From assembly GCF_009914755.1 (NCBI RefSeq), contig NC_060943.1: DNA of 64,000 nucleotides. The stretch is one strand, 5' to 3'. Position numbers and translations under genes: made by a program. The DNA is from the human T2T-CHM13v2.0 reference genome, Homo sapiens. The notes below the pieces were generated by a model. It had not been told where the DNA came from, made no database searches, and saw only the letters and a list, made by a program, of their open reading frames with translations. This document shows, in pieces, positions 12,601-26,400 of the stretch (position 1 is the first letter of the stretch; the number at the start of each line of letters is the position of its first letter).

Positions 12601-15600
12601 GCCAAGTACCAAGAATATGTGATGCTCCTGCCTGGGCGCTGCCCTCAAGGGGGATTGTGACATATCTCCGGGCCATATGTTGTAGGTTATGTGCCTCTCC
12701 AATCCTGCTTAGGCTGTTCCCAAAAAAGGCATTATGACATGCCTGAACCCATCACCTATGTGATTTGACTCTTTTTTTTCCCCTGGGCCCTGCCCTCAGT
12801 GGGGATTGTGACATGTCACTGGGTCCATCATTTCCGTGATATGACTTTTGTGTTCTGCTTTGACTCTGCTTGCAGGAGGATTGTGACATATAACTAGGCC
12901 CAGCACCTGGGTGATGTGACTCTCATTTCCTGCCTGTATTCTTCCACAGAATAGATTGTGACATATAGCTGGGCCAAGCACCCAGGTGATGTGACTCCTG
13001 CGTACAGTGGCCATTTTTGACACATCTTCCTGGGTCCTGTTTATGAGTGGAATTGTGACATATCTTTGGCCAAGCACCAAAGTGATGTGACTGTCTGATT
13101 TCTGCTCACAGGAGCTATTGTGACATATATCTAGGCCAAGTTTAGAGGTGTGTGTAATGATAGCCCTCCTATATGGACCCAGTCAATAGGGGAGATTTGG
13201 CTTCTGTTTTCTAGGCTTAGGGCAATGGATAAGGTTCTGGGTGAAAAAGCATAAAGTTCTGGGTGAGGAAAGGTCACAAAAGATTATGACACTCAAGCAT
13301 ATTCTCTAAAGCCCTTGTGTGACATTTAGAGTTTAGTTACAGGATCCAGTACCCAGGTGAAATTATTACTCTCGTAGGCAAACCCAGCTGACAATTAGGA
13401 TTGTCACCCTCACACATGGACAGAGTCCACTGGTGAGGTCCTGAATCTTACAGGCACAGTCCACAATTGGATTTGTGCCTTTCATATGTGTCCTGGGATA
13501 GCTGATATGGTGACTTATTTTTGGAGGTGGCTTACAAGCACTGTGATGACTGTCATAAATATATCTGACCAATAAGAGAGATGTTGACACATACCTGGTA
13601 ATAGATCATTGGTTCATACCAGCATGAAGGTCTCAAAGCAGATTGTGACTGTTACTCACACCATATAAAGCCCTTGGTTAGTACAGAGTGTGTCATAACA
13701 GGTCCCAGGACACAGGTGAAATTGTGACTTTCTTATGCACACTCAGCCAACAGTAAACATTGTCACCCTCCCACATGGAAACCGTCCACTGTTGAGGCTG
13801 TGAACCTCACATGTGCAGGTAGTTGAAAGTTGGAATTTTGACTCTCATGAATACATCTGGTCCACAGGTAAGATAGTGACTCAAAGACCAGGATTCAGCA
13901 TGCCTGTGAGGCTGTGACTCATATACTGAAAAATTTGTGTTTAGAATTGTGGCTCTCATGCAGGCATACAGTCCGCTATTAAGACTGTGACTCATGAACT
14001 TATACCCAACTCACAGGAGGTCTTGACTCTCATACCTGGAGCCAGAAAATGTGTGAAAGTTTAAATTTTATATCTGGACCTTTTTGCTGGTGTGATTGTG
14101 ACATATACCTTTGTCCAGCGCCTGAATTATTTGACCCTCCTGCTGGGGAAAAGCCCACAAATGGAATTGTGACATATACCTGAGCCCATCATGTAAGTTA
14201 TTTTACTCTCCTGCATAGGTCTTCAGGGGAGATTGTGATACATCACTGGGCCCATCACCTAGGTTAAATGATTATCTTCTTTTGCCTGGGCCCTGCCAAC
14301 ACCAAGAGTTGTGGCATATAACTGGACACATCACTTAAGTAATGTGACTCTACTTTTCCACCTGGGCCCTGCCTCAGTGTGGGTTGTGATATATCACTGA
14401 GCCCTGCACTCAAATGATATGACTCTCCTGCCTTGGCCCTTCCAATATGAGGCATTGTGACATATCAGGGGCCCATCAACTAGGTATTATGACTCTCCTT
14501 TTCTGCTTGGGCCCTGTACACAGGGTGGATTGTGACATATTACTGTGCCCTGTACACAGGTAATGTAACTTTTCTGCCTGAACCCTGCCCACAGGTGGCA
14601 TTGTGACATACTATTAGGCCCAGTTCCCAGGTTATGTGATTTTACTGCCATGGTCCTGCCCAGAGAGTGGATATTGACATTTTTTTGGTCCAGCATTCAG
14701 GTGATCTGATTATCTTGCCTCTTCCCTTCTCACAGGTTAAATTTCAACCTATGTTTTTTTTCCCAGCTCACAGGCATTATGACCATGCTCATATAGAAAA
14801 CCAGCCACTAGGAGTGATTTTGACTCTGTTAGCTAGACTTTGAGTAGTGGGTAAAGTCCTAAGTCTCCTACATTTAGAAGGATAACAGAAGTTGATAAAA
14901 TGTGTGCATATTCTATAAATACTTTGAGTAATACAGACAGTATAATAAGGGCCCAGCACATAGTGAGATTGTGACTCTCATAGGCATACCAAGCCAACAA
15001 TTAGGGTCATCACTTCCAAACATGAAAGTAGCACACTGGTGAGGTCCTGAACCTCACATGCAGGTGCAGTCCACAGTTAAAATTCTGATTGTCATATGTG
15101 GATCTGAGAACAGGTTGAATAGTGACTGATTTCCAGACTCAGCTCAGAGGCACAGTGATGACTCGCATACCCGGATCTAGCCAATACGAGATATGTTGAC
15201 TCTCATAGGTAGCCTTAAAGCAATGGGTAAGGTTCTGGGCCTTCTACTTGTATGAAGGTCACAGAACTCACGCATATTGTACGACCCCTTGGGTGGTACA
15301 GAGAATGTCATAACAGATCCCAGCACAAACTTAAAATTGTGATTCTTATAGGCATACCCAGCCAACGGTGAGGGTTGTCCCTCTTACACATCAACAGAGA
15401 CCACTGGTGAGGTCCTGCACATGGCATGTGGATGCAGTCCATGGTTCACATTGTATTGTTCACACTTGTCCGTCACTGGGTGCTGGGTTCATAGTATATG
15501 CATTTTGTAAAAACTTATAAAGCTGTTATTTTATAATATATGTGCTTTTTATGGGTGTAAAATTAAAAACATAATTTTTGATTTTTCTATTTATCTCATG

Positions 15601-16079
15601 TTTCTTCCACAATCAATTTTTGTCACATACTTTCCTGGAAAATAGATAATTTCATCTAAATTTTCAAGTTTAATGTCATGACATTTAAAAAAATATTATG
15701 TTTGAATCTTGAATGTATATCTAAATATCTTCTTTTATCTTTTGTAAAATTTTTACTCCTCTTGAAATAGTTTATCTACTTTATTATTGCATTCAAAGAA
15801 CAGCACTAATTTTATTCACGTTATTATCCCTGAGTAACAAATGAGTCAGAGAAGTCGAGAGACTTGCCCAAGGTTACACAGGTACTCTGAGCCTGCTCTT
15901 CTAACCATTGAACACACGGTGTCATCCAGGAAACACACATGCAATACTATTTCTAAAGGTCCATAAAATCACATATACACATGCAAATATGTGTAAAGAT
16001 AAAATGAACTTATACAGTGTTTACCTGCAGAAAAGTCACTGGTTGAAAGTGTAGAAGGTCACATAGAAGAAGCCTTCTC

Positions 16080-16190
16080 TGTTTTTATTGTTTTGTTGTT
16101 TTGTAGAGATAAGGTCTTGTTATATTGTCTAGGCTGATCTCAATTTCCTCGGCTAAAGCAGTCCTCCTGCTTCAGACTCCCAAAGTGCTC
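16080..16190 (-). mobile_element. Old Alu monomer (FLAM/AluJ-like) fragment
   Basis: gtagagataaggtcttg...ctcccaaagtgct. Confidence 0.6.
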
Positions 16191-16216
16191 TCTGCCATAT
16201 TTTTAAAAGTACTTAT

Positions 16217-16400
16217 TGGGTCAAGTGTGCTGGCTCATGCCTGTAATCACAACATTTTGGGAGGCCGGGGGAAAAGATTGTTTGAGTTCAGGAGTTTAAG
16301 ACAAGCCTGGGCAACATAGTGAGACCTCATCTCTACTAAAAATAGAAAAATATAGCTAGGCACGGTGGCTCACACCTGTGATGTCATCACTTTGTAAGGC
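16217..16400 (+). mobile_element. Truncated old Alu (AluJ-like)
   Basis: Left arm plus the start of the right arm (ggctcatgcctgtaatc...ctactaaaaat). Confidence 0.7.
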
Positions 16401-17655
16401 TTTTTCTTCCATGATTAAAAACAAATCTTGGTATCTGGCAGCCGGGCACAGCCAGGTAAGGTGAGGACAGGAGGCAGAAACTTGCAATCCATGGGCTACA
16501 TTGGCTTTTTGATTTTTTTTTCTCCCCAACTACACAGAAAATTTCTTCAGTGTTTGATCTTATGCATCTTTGAATCCAAACATCTCATTCTTTGCCTTAT
16601 ACATATTAAAATGTATTCACAGTTCATAAACATAATCTATAAAAAATATTCTAAACAAAAACCTTCTCTTTATAGAACCTAGTAATGCACCTTAATTCCT
16701 TACAATTTGTGTTAAGAATTACTAGTCTAATGATGTTTTCTAACATGTATTAAGTACTTTTAGATGTTTAGCACATGTGATATATTATAAAAACCTCAAA
16801 ATTAACCTGGGACTCCAAAGAATATGTATGGCCCAAACAGTTGTTTTCTTCCCAACACCAAGGAATGGCATACAAGGCTGTCTTCAAGTTGAGGACAGGT
16901 CATAAAGACAAATAAAAAAAAGAGAAAAAAATGTCTGCAAACTTGTTTCTACACATGGGTCTTACATGCATTTCTCCATCAATTATATTAATTCTGAATG
17001 AACTGCATTACCTGAAGTGGTACAAATAATTCCTTCAAATTGTAGAATCCCCAGGAAACAGAAAGAAGCAAAAGCAAACTCTCCCAAAGAAAGTCACATC
17101 TATTCTGGACCTTGATGAAACTTGCAAACAATTTTCCATTATGTGCAATGACTAGCAAGCAATCAAATATGACAAAGTTCACAATAAATAACATCATGTG
17201 AAAGACACCAGAGAAAAACATAACAGAAACAAATCTGCAAAGACATCCAATATTAGAATTATCAGACACAAAGAATAAAAAACAACTATGCTTACCATAT
17301 CTAAAAAAGACAAATGAAAGTATCTGCAGGAAAGAAGAAACTATATAAAGATTCTAAAAATAAGTTGTAAAATGAATAATACAGTAACTAAAAAACTCAC
17401 CACATTTGAACTTATGTGTACAAGACAGAACCAGTAAACTAGATGCTAGATCAGTAGAAATTAACACATATGCTACAAATATCAGTCTCAGAAAAATGTC
17501 TGGTAAGTATTCCAAGCATTCAAAATTTAAAACTGAAAAGCATGAGGTTGATAGTACTTAACCTTTCTCAAAAATAGAATAGGTAAAAACACTGCACAAC
17601 TCAATTCCTGAGTTTATGTCAAAGCTTGACAGAGACAAAACAAGGACAACTATAA

Positions 17656-17968
<313 letters not shown>

Positions 17969-18460
17969 AAGACAAAAATTTTTTAAACCAATTACAAATA
18001 AAGTGACTCTTTCTCTGTATAAAATGAATAAAACCAACAATAAGTTTATCTTAAGAGTACAGGATAAGTTGAACATTGTATAATCTACATGTCTACATAA
18101 AATAGGCACACAATAAGAGCTTGGTAACATAACTAGAAAAAAAGAATACTTTATTTTCTAAATATACAAGGTATTTGAAGTAAAGTACAGCAAATGTACA
18201 TAATAAACTACTGAAATCTTGTCTTTCAATGTCATAAACAATAATTATGCTGGTATTCAAGATTTTTATTAAACATTGCATCCATGGTTTCAGCCAACAG
18301 GTTAAAATGAGAAATCAGTTACACAGTTATACTGGAAAAGCAGAACTAGTCAATAAACTAATAGCTAAACTATTGGTTCTACCTAGGTAGATTGGATCCT
18401 TACAAAGCAACTAACACAAAAATTGTCCATATATATTGAGGATTTAAAACTTCTAGGAGA

Positions 18461-18754
18461 GGCCCGGCGGGGTGGCTCATGCCTGTAATTCTAGCACTTT
18501 GGGAAGCCGAGGTGGCAGATCATGAGGTGGGGAGTTCGAGAACAGCCTGGTCAATATGGTGAAACCCTGTCTCTACTAATAATACAAAAATTAGCCGGGA
18601 GTAGTGGTGCACGCCTTGGGAGGCTGAAGCAGAAGAATCGCTTGAACCTGGGTGGTGGAGGTTGAAGTGAGCCGAGATCACTCCACTGCATTCCAGCCTG
18701 GGTGACAGAGCGAGACTCTGTCTCAAAAACACAAAACAAAACAGAACACAAAAT
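18461..18754 (+). mobile_element. AluS with a small internal deletion
   Basis: Dimer. TSD AAAACTTCTAGGAGA on both sides. Confidence 0.9.
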
Positions 18755-18847
18755 AAAACTTCTAGGAGAACATGAAGAAGAATATTGTTATTATAACTGT
18801 GGGGAAAAAAACTTCTTAGACATCGCACAATATAAAAATTATGCATA

Positions 18848-19140
18848 GGCTGGGAGTGGTGGCTTGTGCCTGTAATCCCAGCATTCTTTGAGGCCCAGGC
18901 AGGCAGATCACTTCAAGCCGGGAGTTCCAGACCAGCCAGACCAACATAGTAAAACCCCATCTCAATTTAAAACACAAAAATCAGCAGGGTGTGCTGCGCA
19001 TGTTTGTTATCCCAGCTATTCAGGAGGCTGAGGCATGAGGAGCACTTGAACCCAGGAGGCAAAGATTGCAGTGAGCTGAGATTGCACCATTGCACTCCAC
19101 CCTGGGTGATAGAGTGAGACTATCTAAAAAAAAAAAAAAA
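18848..19140 (+). mobile_element. Alu (diverged, J/S)
   Basis: Full dimer with poly(A). Confidence 0.88.
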
Positions 19141-21211
19141 GCATTAAAATATTTGTGAATTAGACTATACCAATTTTAAGAATTTTTGATTACCAAAAAC
19201 ATAAAACATGTTTTAATAAAGATGGTGAAAAGCCAAACCATAACTGGGGGAAAATAGTTTAAAAACACATAGTACAAAAAATTAGTATTTAGAAAATATA
19301 TATTACAGAATGTGTATGAATAAACAAGGAAATGGAAAACATTAAAAATAGGACAGATGGCAAGTCTTAAAGCACTAACTTATGAAAAATGCTAACTTCA
19401 TTAGTAACTATGGAATAAAAGTATAAATAATGTGTTTCTAATTAACCATTTTGTCAAAAAATTATGTCTAGCAATTCCAAGAGTTGGTAAAAGATATGTA
19501 CTAGTAATAAGTGTAGATACATCAAATGAAAAATGGTAATTGAGAATGTCACTTTCAATGTTTGAGTATTTGGACTTTTGGTTTAAAAAAGTGTAATAAA
19601 ATAGAGCTTTTGGTAAGCTTTCTGTAGCTTAACATTATCATAATTAGGAAAAAACAACTTTAAAAATGTAAATAAACAAAAAAGCCTACACCAAAATAAA
19701 ACAACAACTAAGACATATTGATCCTTGTTTTGGGAGAGTATGAAACAGACCATTGTGTGAACTTTATACAGTTATTTTGCCACACTGGCATAGTAATAAA
19801 AATTATTTATATTCAATTTGAATGAACATGTCCACATCTTAAAAATACTGCTTTGTACTATGAATAATAAATGTAAAAGTCTTTATACTCAAGAGGATCC
19901 TGATTCTCAACTAAACATATATGGCAACCCGTTCCTCTGTTTCTTCAAAACTGAAGCCTGATTAAGGCTTAAACATGGAGTGAGAGGGATTCATAACAGA
20001 ACATGTGAAACAAAAAAACATGAGATAGGATGGTCATTTCTAAGAATCAGCAATTGCCTGGGGGACCTCAATATAATGATATCAAATATGAATCTTACTG
20101 GATAAAAATAAACACAAAAAGCTGAAAACACCATGACTTTAATTTGGTGGAATAGAGTCTCTGGAATTATGCAGAGTTGTGCTAAAAATATTGAGCCAGA
20201 ATGATATGTATCTAAGGATTATTAAAGGGAATATTTACAAACACATTAGTATTTGTTCTATATCTTGTTAGAGTAGCAGTACTCTTGTCTGTAATGTCAG
20301 CTTCCCCAAGCTACAGATGCCATTGACAAACTAAGCAAGTGTCTAAAATGTTGTTTGGAGTTAGTTTCTAAATTTAAGAAACTTCCAATAATTTTATGAA
20401 TTTCATTGAACTCTGTTTCATGTATAAATCTCACCAAAAGGCACTATTCGGTACCTATTTCCCTTAGTCTTTTCTGGGATTTTCTGTTGCTTGTTTCCAA
20501 ACCAACCTTATTTGAATCCTAGTCATTTCTAAAGCCCCACATGTAATAATAGAAAGAGAGCAGAAATGAAGCCAAGTTATCCCAAACAGTCCATGCCTAA
20601 TATATTTTGTTCCCCAAATGAACCAAAAACCACACAAGCTACACAACAGTGGATTTAAAATTCAACCTAAATTCAACAGTAGTTGTCAAAACGATATGCA
20701 AAAATTAGCAAAGTCACAATGTAGAAACCCTTAACCTGTTATTCCACAACAAATCATCAAATTCTTATTTTGGCATTTTTAGAAAAAATAATTACATTAC
20801 ATATGACAAAATATACCCACTCACTTATAATAAAATATTTTGAAATACATACGGTTTTATTCTTATTCTTGAATATATATTATTTAGACAAGACTTTCAG
20901 TAAAAAATACTTATAGCTACCGTGTATGAATTAAAACAGCTATGGGAAAATAGGATTTTTAGTTAATAATGAAGATTGAAGCTCCAATGATGTAAAGTAT
21001 TGTTTCCTGGGCACACAGCTAATTACCCAAATCAAGCTGAAATATGCTTGATTTAAAAATTGTAATTTTCCCACTGTTGACAATATTGACATAACAGCTA
21101 AATCTTAGTCTCAGAGCTGGTAGTTTGGAATAAATTAAGACAAGTACTATTGAGGAAGGATGGGTAGTCAAGAAAGTGACTATGTCTTTGGGATGCAGCA
21201 AACATGGCCAC

Positions 21212-21756
21212 TGTACAGTGGCTGCATATTGCCAACACAATAAGCCCCAGCATTCACATTGTATTCCAGCTTATTCAAGCAAAGCTCTCTCCAATAGAGA
21301 AAATCCCCTGTAAAGAGCATGAAGATTTTGATTTTACCTTTCCTCAAACTGACATTTTACTCATTGTAATAGTAAAAAGCAAACCTGTGAGTGGAGATTT
21401 AAGATGCTAGTGAGATGTGAAAAATGAACAAGCATGTACAGCTACTGTGTCCGTGCATCAAGAGGGCCATCCAGAACATGCTTACTAATAACACCACTTT
21501 CCACCTCTTTATAAATAATTATATAAGACTCCCATAAAAAAGTCCCTAGTTTCAGTCTTTGCTTTCTCATTCTTGTAAGCAACCCACCCTGAATCCTTTC
21601 TCTCTCAAGGTGTACTGGGTATTCTGCACCTAACTTTTAAAATAGTCTTACTCCTTTGCAATAAATTACTCTATGCTGCATCTTCTTTGTTGTTTGTCTC
21701 TTGTTTAAATTTTTTTGAAGCTAAGACAACTGAGGTTTCATAAAAGCCATTAAACA
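21212..21756 (+). mobile_element. Solo ERV1 LTR (MER67-like)
   Basis: TG...CA ends and internal AATAAA at ~21660. The motif gtggagatttaagatgcta...aacaagcatgtacagctactg is recalled as MER67 family. Confidence 0.6.
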
Positions 21757-22127
21757 CTATCATGCTTTGTTTTGTATTTTTTATTGTCAAAAATTTTTTC
21801 TCTCATATGTCAATATTCACATTTTAAACACAGTCAACACTGCTAAATTGAAAATTTAAATGACCACAAAATAATTTATCATAAAAGCATGTATATCTCT
21901 CATGTTTCACCTTCACCACACTTTCTATCTATTCAACTTTTTAAAAAATTTGATGGTCAAATACATACATCAAATTTAATATTTTATTTAATAATATGAA
22001 TTCAATTCCAAAATGATTTATATGGAAGTATATTGTTATATTTACTTTTGACCAAATTTGGCTTTCCAAACTAAGGTAAAACTAAAGCATATTTTCAAAG
22101 TTTTAAGGAACTTAACCTTACTAGCAT

Positions 22128-22958
22128 TGAGAGAAGCTAGCTAGCATGCCTTAGGTAGATAGCAAGGGAAGGGTTTATGGAGAGCTCCCAACCCACAGGT
22201 TAGTGCCTTATCCCCACATAACATAAAAATCAGCTTGGAAAAAAAAAATAAGCTCCAGGCACTATTAAGGGAACTAGCATAGGGGGTTGTGCCTAGACTC
22301 ATGCCCTCGGATGCACAAGTAGGAGAACCTAAAGCCCATTTAGATAAAAATTTGCACACACCTCTGGCTTACTTAGAAGGGAACAAGGCCTGACATAGAA
22401 ATGTCTTTGCTGTTTGTATAATCAGTGGGATCCCAGAAAAAAGTTTTTTCTTTTTATTGTGGGCGTGAACGCAGTGGGCTTTGATGGGTTCTGTGGACAC
22501 TTTCTTTTCTGTGAGTCTGGTCTTTATAAATTATTACTTCAGCCCTTGATTGGTCATGGGCAAAGGTCTTAGGCCAAGCTCTGGCTTCAGCTTCTAATAG
22601 GTTCTGGGCCAACCTGAGCAGCCTTTATGAATCATTACTTCAGCCCCTGATTGGTCCCAGGCCAAGGCCCCAGGCCAAGCTGAGTCACACATTCTCTAAG
22701 ACAGCTCATAAACTAAGCACAATTTTTTCCCATTCCAGTTTATAAAAACCCTGGATCCCAGCCTTATAGTGGGCAACCCATTGAGGCCTCCCTCTCTGCT
22801 GGAGTAGGGCTTTCTTCTCTTTGCACATTAAACTTTTGCTCCAACCTCACCCTTGTGTCCACATTCCTAAATCTTCTTGAATGTAGCACAAAGAATTCTG
22901 GGTATTATCTCAAACAACAGAGGTTGTTACACCTTGGTTCATTGGCAAAACTACAACA
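22128..22958 (+). mobile_element. ERV1 5' LTR (MER50-like, tentative)
   Basis: TG...CA ends, repeated GATTGG (inverted CCAAT) boxes at ~22549 and ~22649, TATAAAA at 22741, ATTAAA at 22827. Followed by a PBS and gag. Confidence 0.75.
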
Positions 22959-22963
22959 TATTT

Positions 22964-22981
22964 TGGTGTGTTGGCCAGGGA
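22964..22981 (+). promoter_or_regulatory. Retroviral primer-binding site complementary to tRNA-Gly
   Basis: TGGTGTGTTGGCCAGGGA, 5 nt after the LTR end, resembles a CpG-decayed TGGTGCGTTGGCCGGGAA (complement of the tRNA-Gly 3' end). Confidence 0.7.
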
Positions 22982-24464
22982 GAAAGGAATTCATCAGAAG
23001 GGTGATTAGGAGTGAGGCTACTTGTCCTCAGTTACTTTCTGAGGCTTCTTGTCCTAAGTTTCTTTTTCTCAAAAACAGCTTTGAAAACATTGGCTCTGTT
23101 CTAATCCAGTTTCCTTTAATGAAGGGCCTACTCATTGTGTGGAATTGAAAGGCGGTCCTAGGGCAACTGAAGGTTCCTGGCTGAGTCTATACTTCAGTGT
23201 TACCTAAAAACCCTTGGACTAACTCCAGTCCCCAACAGCCAATGAGGGCGTTGGCATGAGAACTTCTAGTCTTTTTTTTCATTTCATTTTCTTCTTCTTT
23301 TTTTTGTGGCTATCATTTCTCCTATCCATTCTCTGTATGCAATGTTGTGAACGTTTTTACAGCCTATGGATATAATCATACTGAGTAAAGTCAGTCAGTG
23401 TCTTAGTAATCAGATATGTAACTCAGAGTTGTTGTTTTGTAATTTCCTATCAACAGGGAGATTTCAAAGTCTCTCTCTAAATTTTTACTTAGTAAGGGCC
23501 TTTCTGTCCCCCAGTAATAAACATTCATGGCACTGTATGAGAGAATATTTCACCCTGAGTAAATAACCTCCTTTGCATTTGGTTTGTTTTTTTTCTCTCC
23601 ATGTGAACCTCAGCATTGTCCAAGGAATCTAAACAGTTCCTTTATGAGACAAGTTCATTTTTTGTTCTGGAGCATATGCTATAGGAACAGCCTATCAAAC
23701 CACAAAAGTCTTTCTAACTTTTGCCTAAAAATATAAAGTTGGAGTTTTTACCTAGCATTTCTAATTTTACAGCACCCCTAGTTGAATGGGATTGTTCTCC
23801 ATGGGAAGATTTGTCAACGCTCTGTCCAAAACTTACAGTTCCCCAATTATTTTCCCTTTTACATGCCTTTATCAGTGATAAGGCCTCATGCCCTATTTGT
23901 AAACAGAAGAACTCAACTTCCGACAGACGGAAGAAAGCCATGCTAACAAAACAAATCTTCAATTTTTACACATTTTTAAGGCACCTGTTCCTCCTCAAAC
24001 TACATTTGAATTTAAACAGAAAAGGAATTTTATGTTTGAAAGTAAATTGGTCCCATTCTCTGGGATTCTGATCTCTTCCTGGGGCCATAGCAAAGGAAGC
24101 CAAAAATGGTATTAGGGCATTCCCTCTATAAAAGTATCTTGCCCAAATGCAACTACTGCGTAATCTCTCCCCAGCCATTGGAGTACCTTGAGAGCCTTTT
24201 GGGCTGAGTGGGCCTAGAAAACCAGCAGCATGGAAAGCTAGGTGAGAAGGTGAGCATAACGTGTCCTGCTGACAAACTCCTCCGGACCCATGGGGGAAGG
24301 TCATGCTTGCATCCATGGGTAACATCTATGATGGTTGCTGGGACCCAGAGGAAAAAAAGGAAGGTCGAGAAGTGGTATGCCCTTTTTCTATTTCCTTCCA
24401 CCATAGGCCACACTGAAAAGAGAAAGGGGACTGAGGAACGCCTTGTCTCTCCTCTTTCTCTAGA

Positions 24465-25500
24465 TAGGTAACAAACCATGTAGAGTCTGCATTCCCCTCT
24501 AGTGCATTCTGAAACACTGGAACTTCGTTAACCCTGAAACTCGAAAGAAAAAATGGCTTACATTCTATTGCACAAATCCATGGCCATCTTAGAGACAGGA
24601 GGCCTAGCTTTCTAAGGGAAACATTAATTTCAACACTATCCAACAAATAGATATTTCTTTGCCCTGTGAGACAATCCAGATCTTTGTAAGCATTGTAAAA
24701 TTAAATCTGCCCTCTTGGCAGCCATATCAGACAAACCTACAAAATATAATTAACAAAAGTCTAGATACAAACCCTTGGGGAACCCTCAAATGCAACTTCT
24801 GGGTGCTCTACTGGCCTCCCATATTTTGGGCCACCAACACCCATGTATCATCAGCTCCTCTAGTTTTGCCACTCAAGAAACCCACAACATTGCTGTTGCC
24901 CCCTACAGAAAATGCCCAGTAGACATGGTGTTACTAGGATTCAAGTTCCCTTCTCATTGCAGGACCTTAAGAAAATAAAGTGAGCCCCAGGAAAGTTCTC
25001 TAATGACCCTGATACATACATAGAGGCTTTCCAAAATTTAACCCAAGTGTTTAATGTTACATGGAGAGATGCTATGCTGCTTTTAAGCCAAACCCTAACT
25101 GTTAAGAAACAAGCAGCCTAACAGGCAGCAAAAAAACTCAAAAACAAACAGTAGGTTTCCTATAGCCAGTCAGAAAAGAAACTCAGTCAAAAGGGAAAAA
25201 AAGTGACAGAATCCCCATTCGCAGTAAGAATAACAACAATGCCCCTTAAATATCCTAATTGGAGCCCTTGTGATCCTATAGAGAAGTGGAAAAGAAGACA
25301 CTTTCCGATGTGCATATTAGAAAGCTTGCAAAGAACCACAATCAATCATGTTAATTACTCTAACCTGTCCCTGTTAAATCAGAAACCAGATAAAAATCCC
25401 ATGGACTTTTTGAAAAGGCTGAGAAAAACTTTAGTAAAACACACCTCCCTGTGTTCTGATTCAATAAAAAAGGTTTATTACTTAGGCAGACACTAATATC
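24465..25500 (+). pseudogene. gag remnant (gammaretrovirus-like, HERV-W/HERV9-related)
   Basis: Manual translation gives PL*CILKHWNFVNPETRKKKWLTFYCTNPWP and QVPFSLQDLKKIK*APGKFSNDPDTYIEAFQNLTQVFNVTWRDAMLLLSQTLT, with stops and frameshifts. Confidence 0.85.
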
Positions 25501-25559
25501 AGAAAGAAGTTGCTAAAACAGGCCCTGTTCAAACATCTTTCTAGGTTTTGTCATCCACA

Positions 25560-26400
25560 AGTTGAAACTTTGCTGTATTTAAACAACACTGTTTTCTGTG
25601 CCCCAACTGAGGAGGTCTCAGGAGGCACTAAGGCTTTCATCAATTTTTTAGCTGAAAGGGAATATAGGCTTTCAAAATTTAAAGCTCAGCTCTGTCAAAC
25701 TGCAGTAAAGTAGATAGGTCTAGTCAGAAGGTACAGGAACACCAGGTAAAGAAATAATTAAACTCATTTTCTCCTTTTCCTTTCCCAAAACTCTTAAATA
25801 GTTGGGGGGATCTTAGACATTACTGGTTTTTGCGAACTCTGGGTACCTGGGAATGGTGAAATAGCTAATCTTTTATACCATCTTATTAAAAAAACTGAAG
25901 CACCTAAAAACTTACTCGCTAACTTGGGAAGCTAAAACTAAAAGGCCTTTAACTAACTAAAGGCAGCCTTACTTAAAGTGCCAAACCTCAGTCTTCCCAT
26001 AAGGAAGGCATTTAATCTCTATGTATCAAAAATGAAATGAATGACCCTGGGAGTTTTAACTAAGGTTCAAGGTCCAGCTAAACAACCAGTGGGTTACCTA
26101 AGCAAGAAACCTGACTTGATGGCTAGAGGATGGCCAGCCTGCCTCTGAGCAGTTTTGGTGGTGGCTTGCTTGTACCAAAGGCCATGAGGTTAACAATGGG
26201 AAATAACTTAACTGTCTGCATTCCCACATTGGACTGCTGTCCTCTAAGGAAAACCTCTGGCTAATAATCACCTCCTCAAATATCAAGTTTTGCTGCTAAA
26301 GTGATCTGCAGTCCAGTTGAAAATGTGCCCTTGCCTGAACCCTGACATTTTCTCCTAGGGGAAACTAAAGAGCCTAAACAGGATTGTAAACAGGTAGTGG
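25560..26400 (+). pseudogene. pol remnant (RT C-terminus/connection domain)
   Basis: NFLAEREYRLSKFKAQLCQ, GILDITGFCELWVPGNGEIA and [17 protein letters not shown] motifs. Protease and most of RT are missing. Confidence 0.75.

Larger units (their letters stand above)
600..15470. repeat. Complex beta-satellite-like tandem array (35-38-bp monomers; alternating ~71-bp-dimer blocks and ~370-bp-unit blocks), typical of 19p12 ZNF clusters
   Basis: Recurrent ATTGTGACATAT, GGGCCCAGCACCTAGGTGATGTGACTCTC and CACTG(G/T)TGAGGTCCTGAATCT motifs throughout. CpG-poor. Interrupted by the SVA (3288-7137) and an L1 (8931-9650). Confidence 0.85.

Noticed and set aside
486-15365. Short ORFs in the satellite (e.g. 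1198-1695, 165 aa)
   Set aside because: No recognisable domains, many use non-ATG starts, and they are not conserved between repeat units.
600-15470. Regularly spaced short motifs with variable intervening sequence, superficially CRISPR-like
   Set aside because: Eukaryotic context, the 'spacers' are homologous to each other, and there are no cas genes. It is a diverged satellite.
19440-21200. Possible processed pseudogene or duplicated gene fragment in unique-looking AT-rich DNA
   Set aside because: I could not identify a recognisable peptide, TSD or tail. It needs BLAST.
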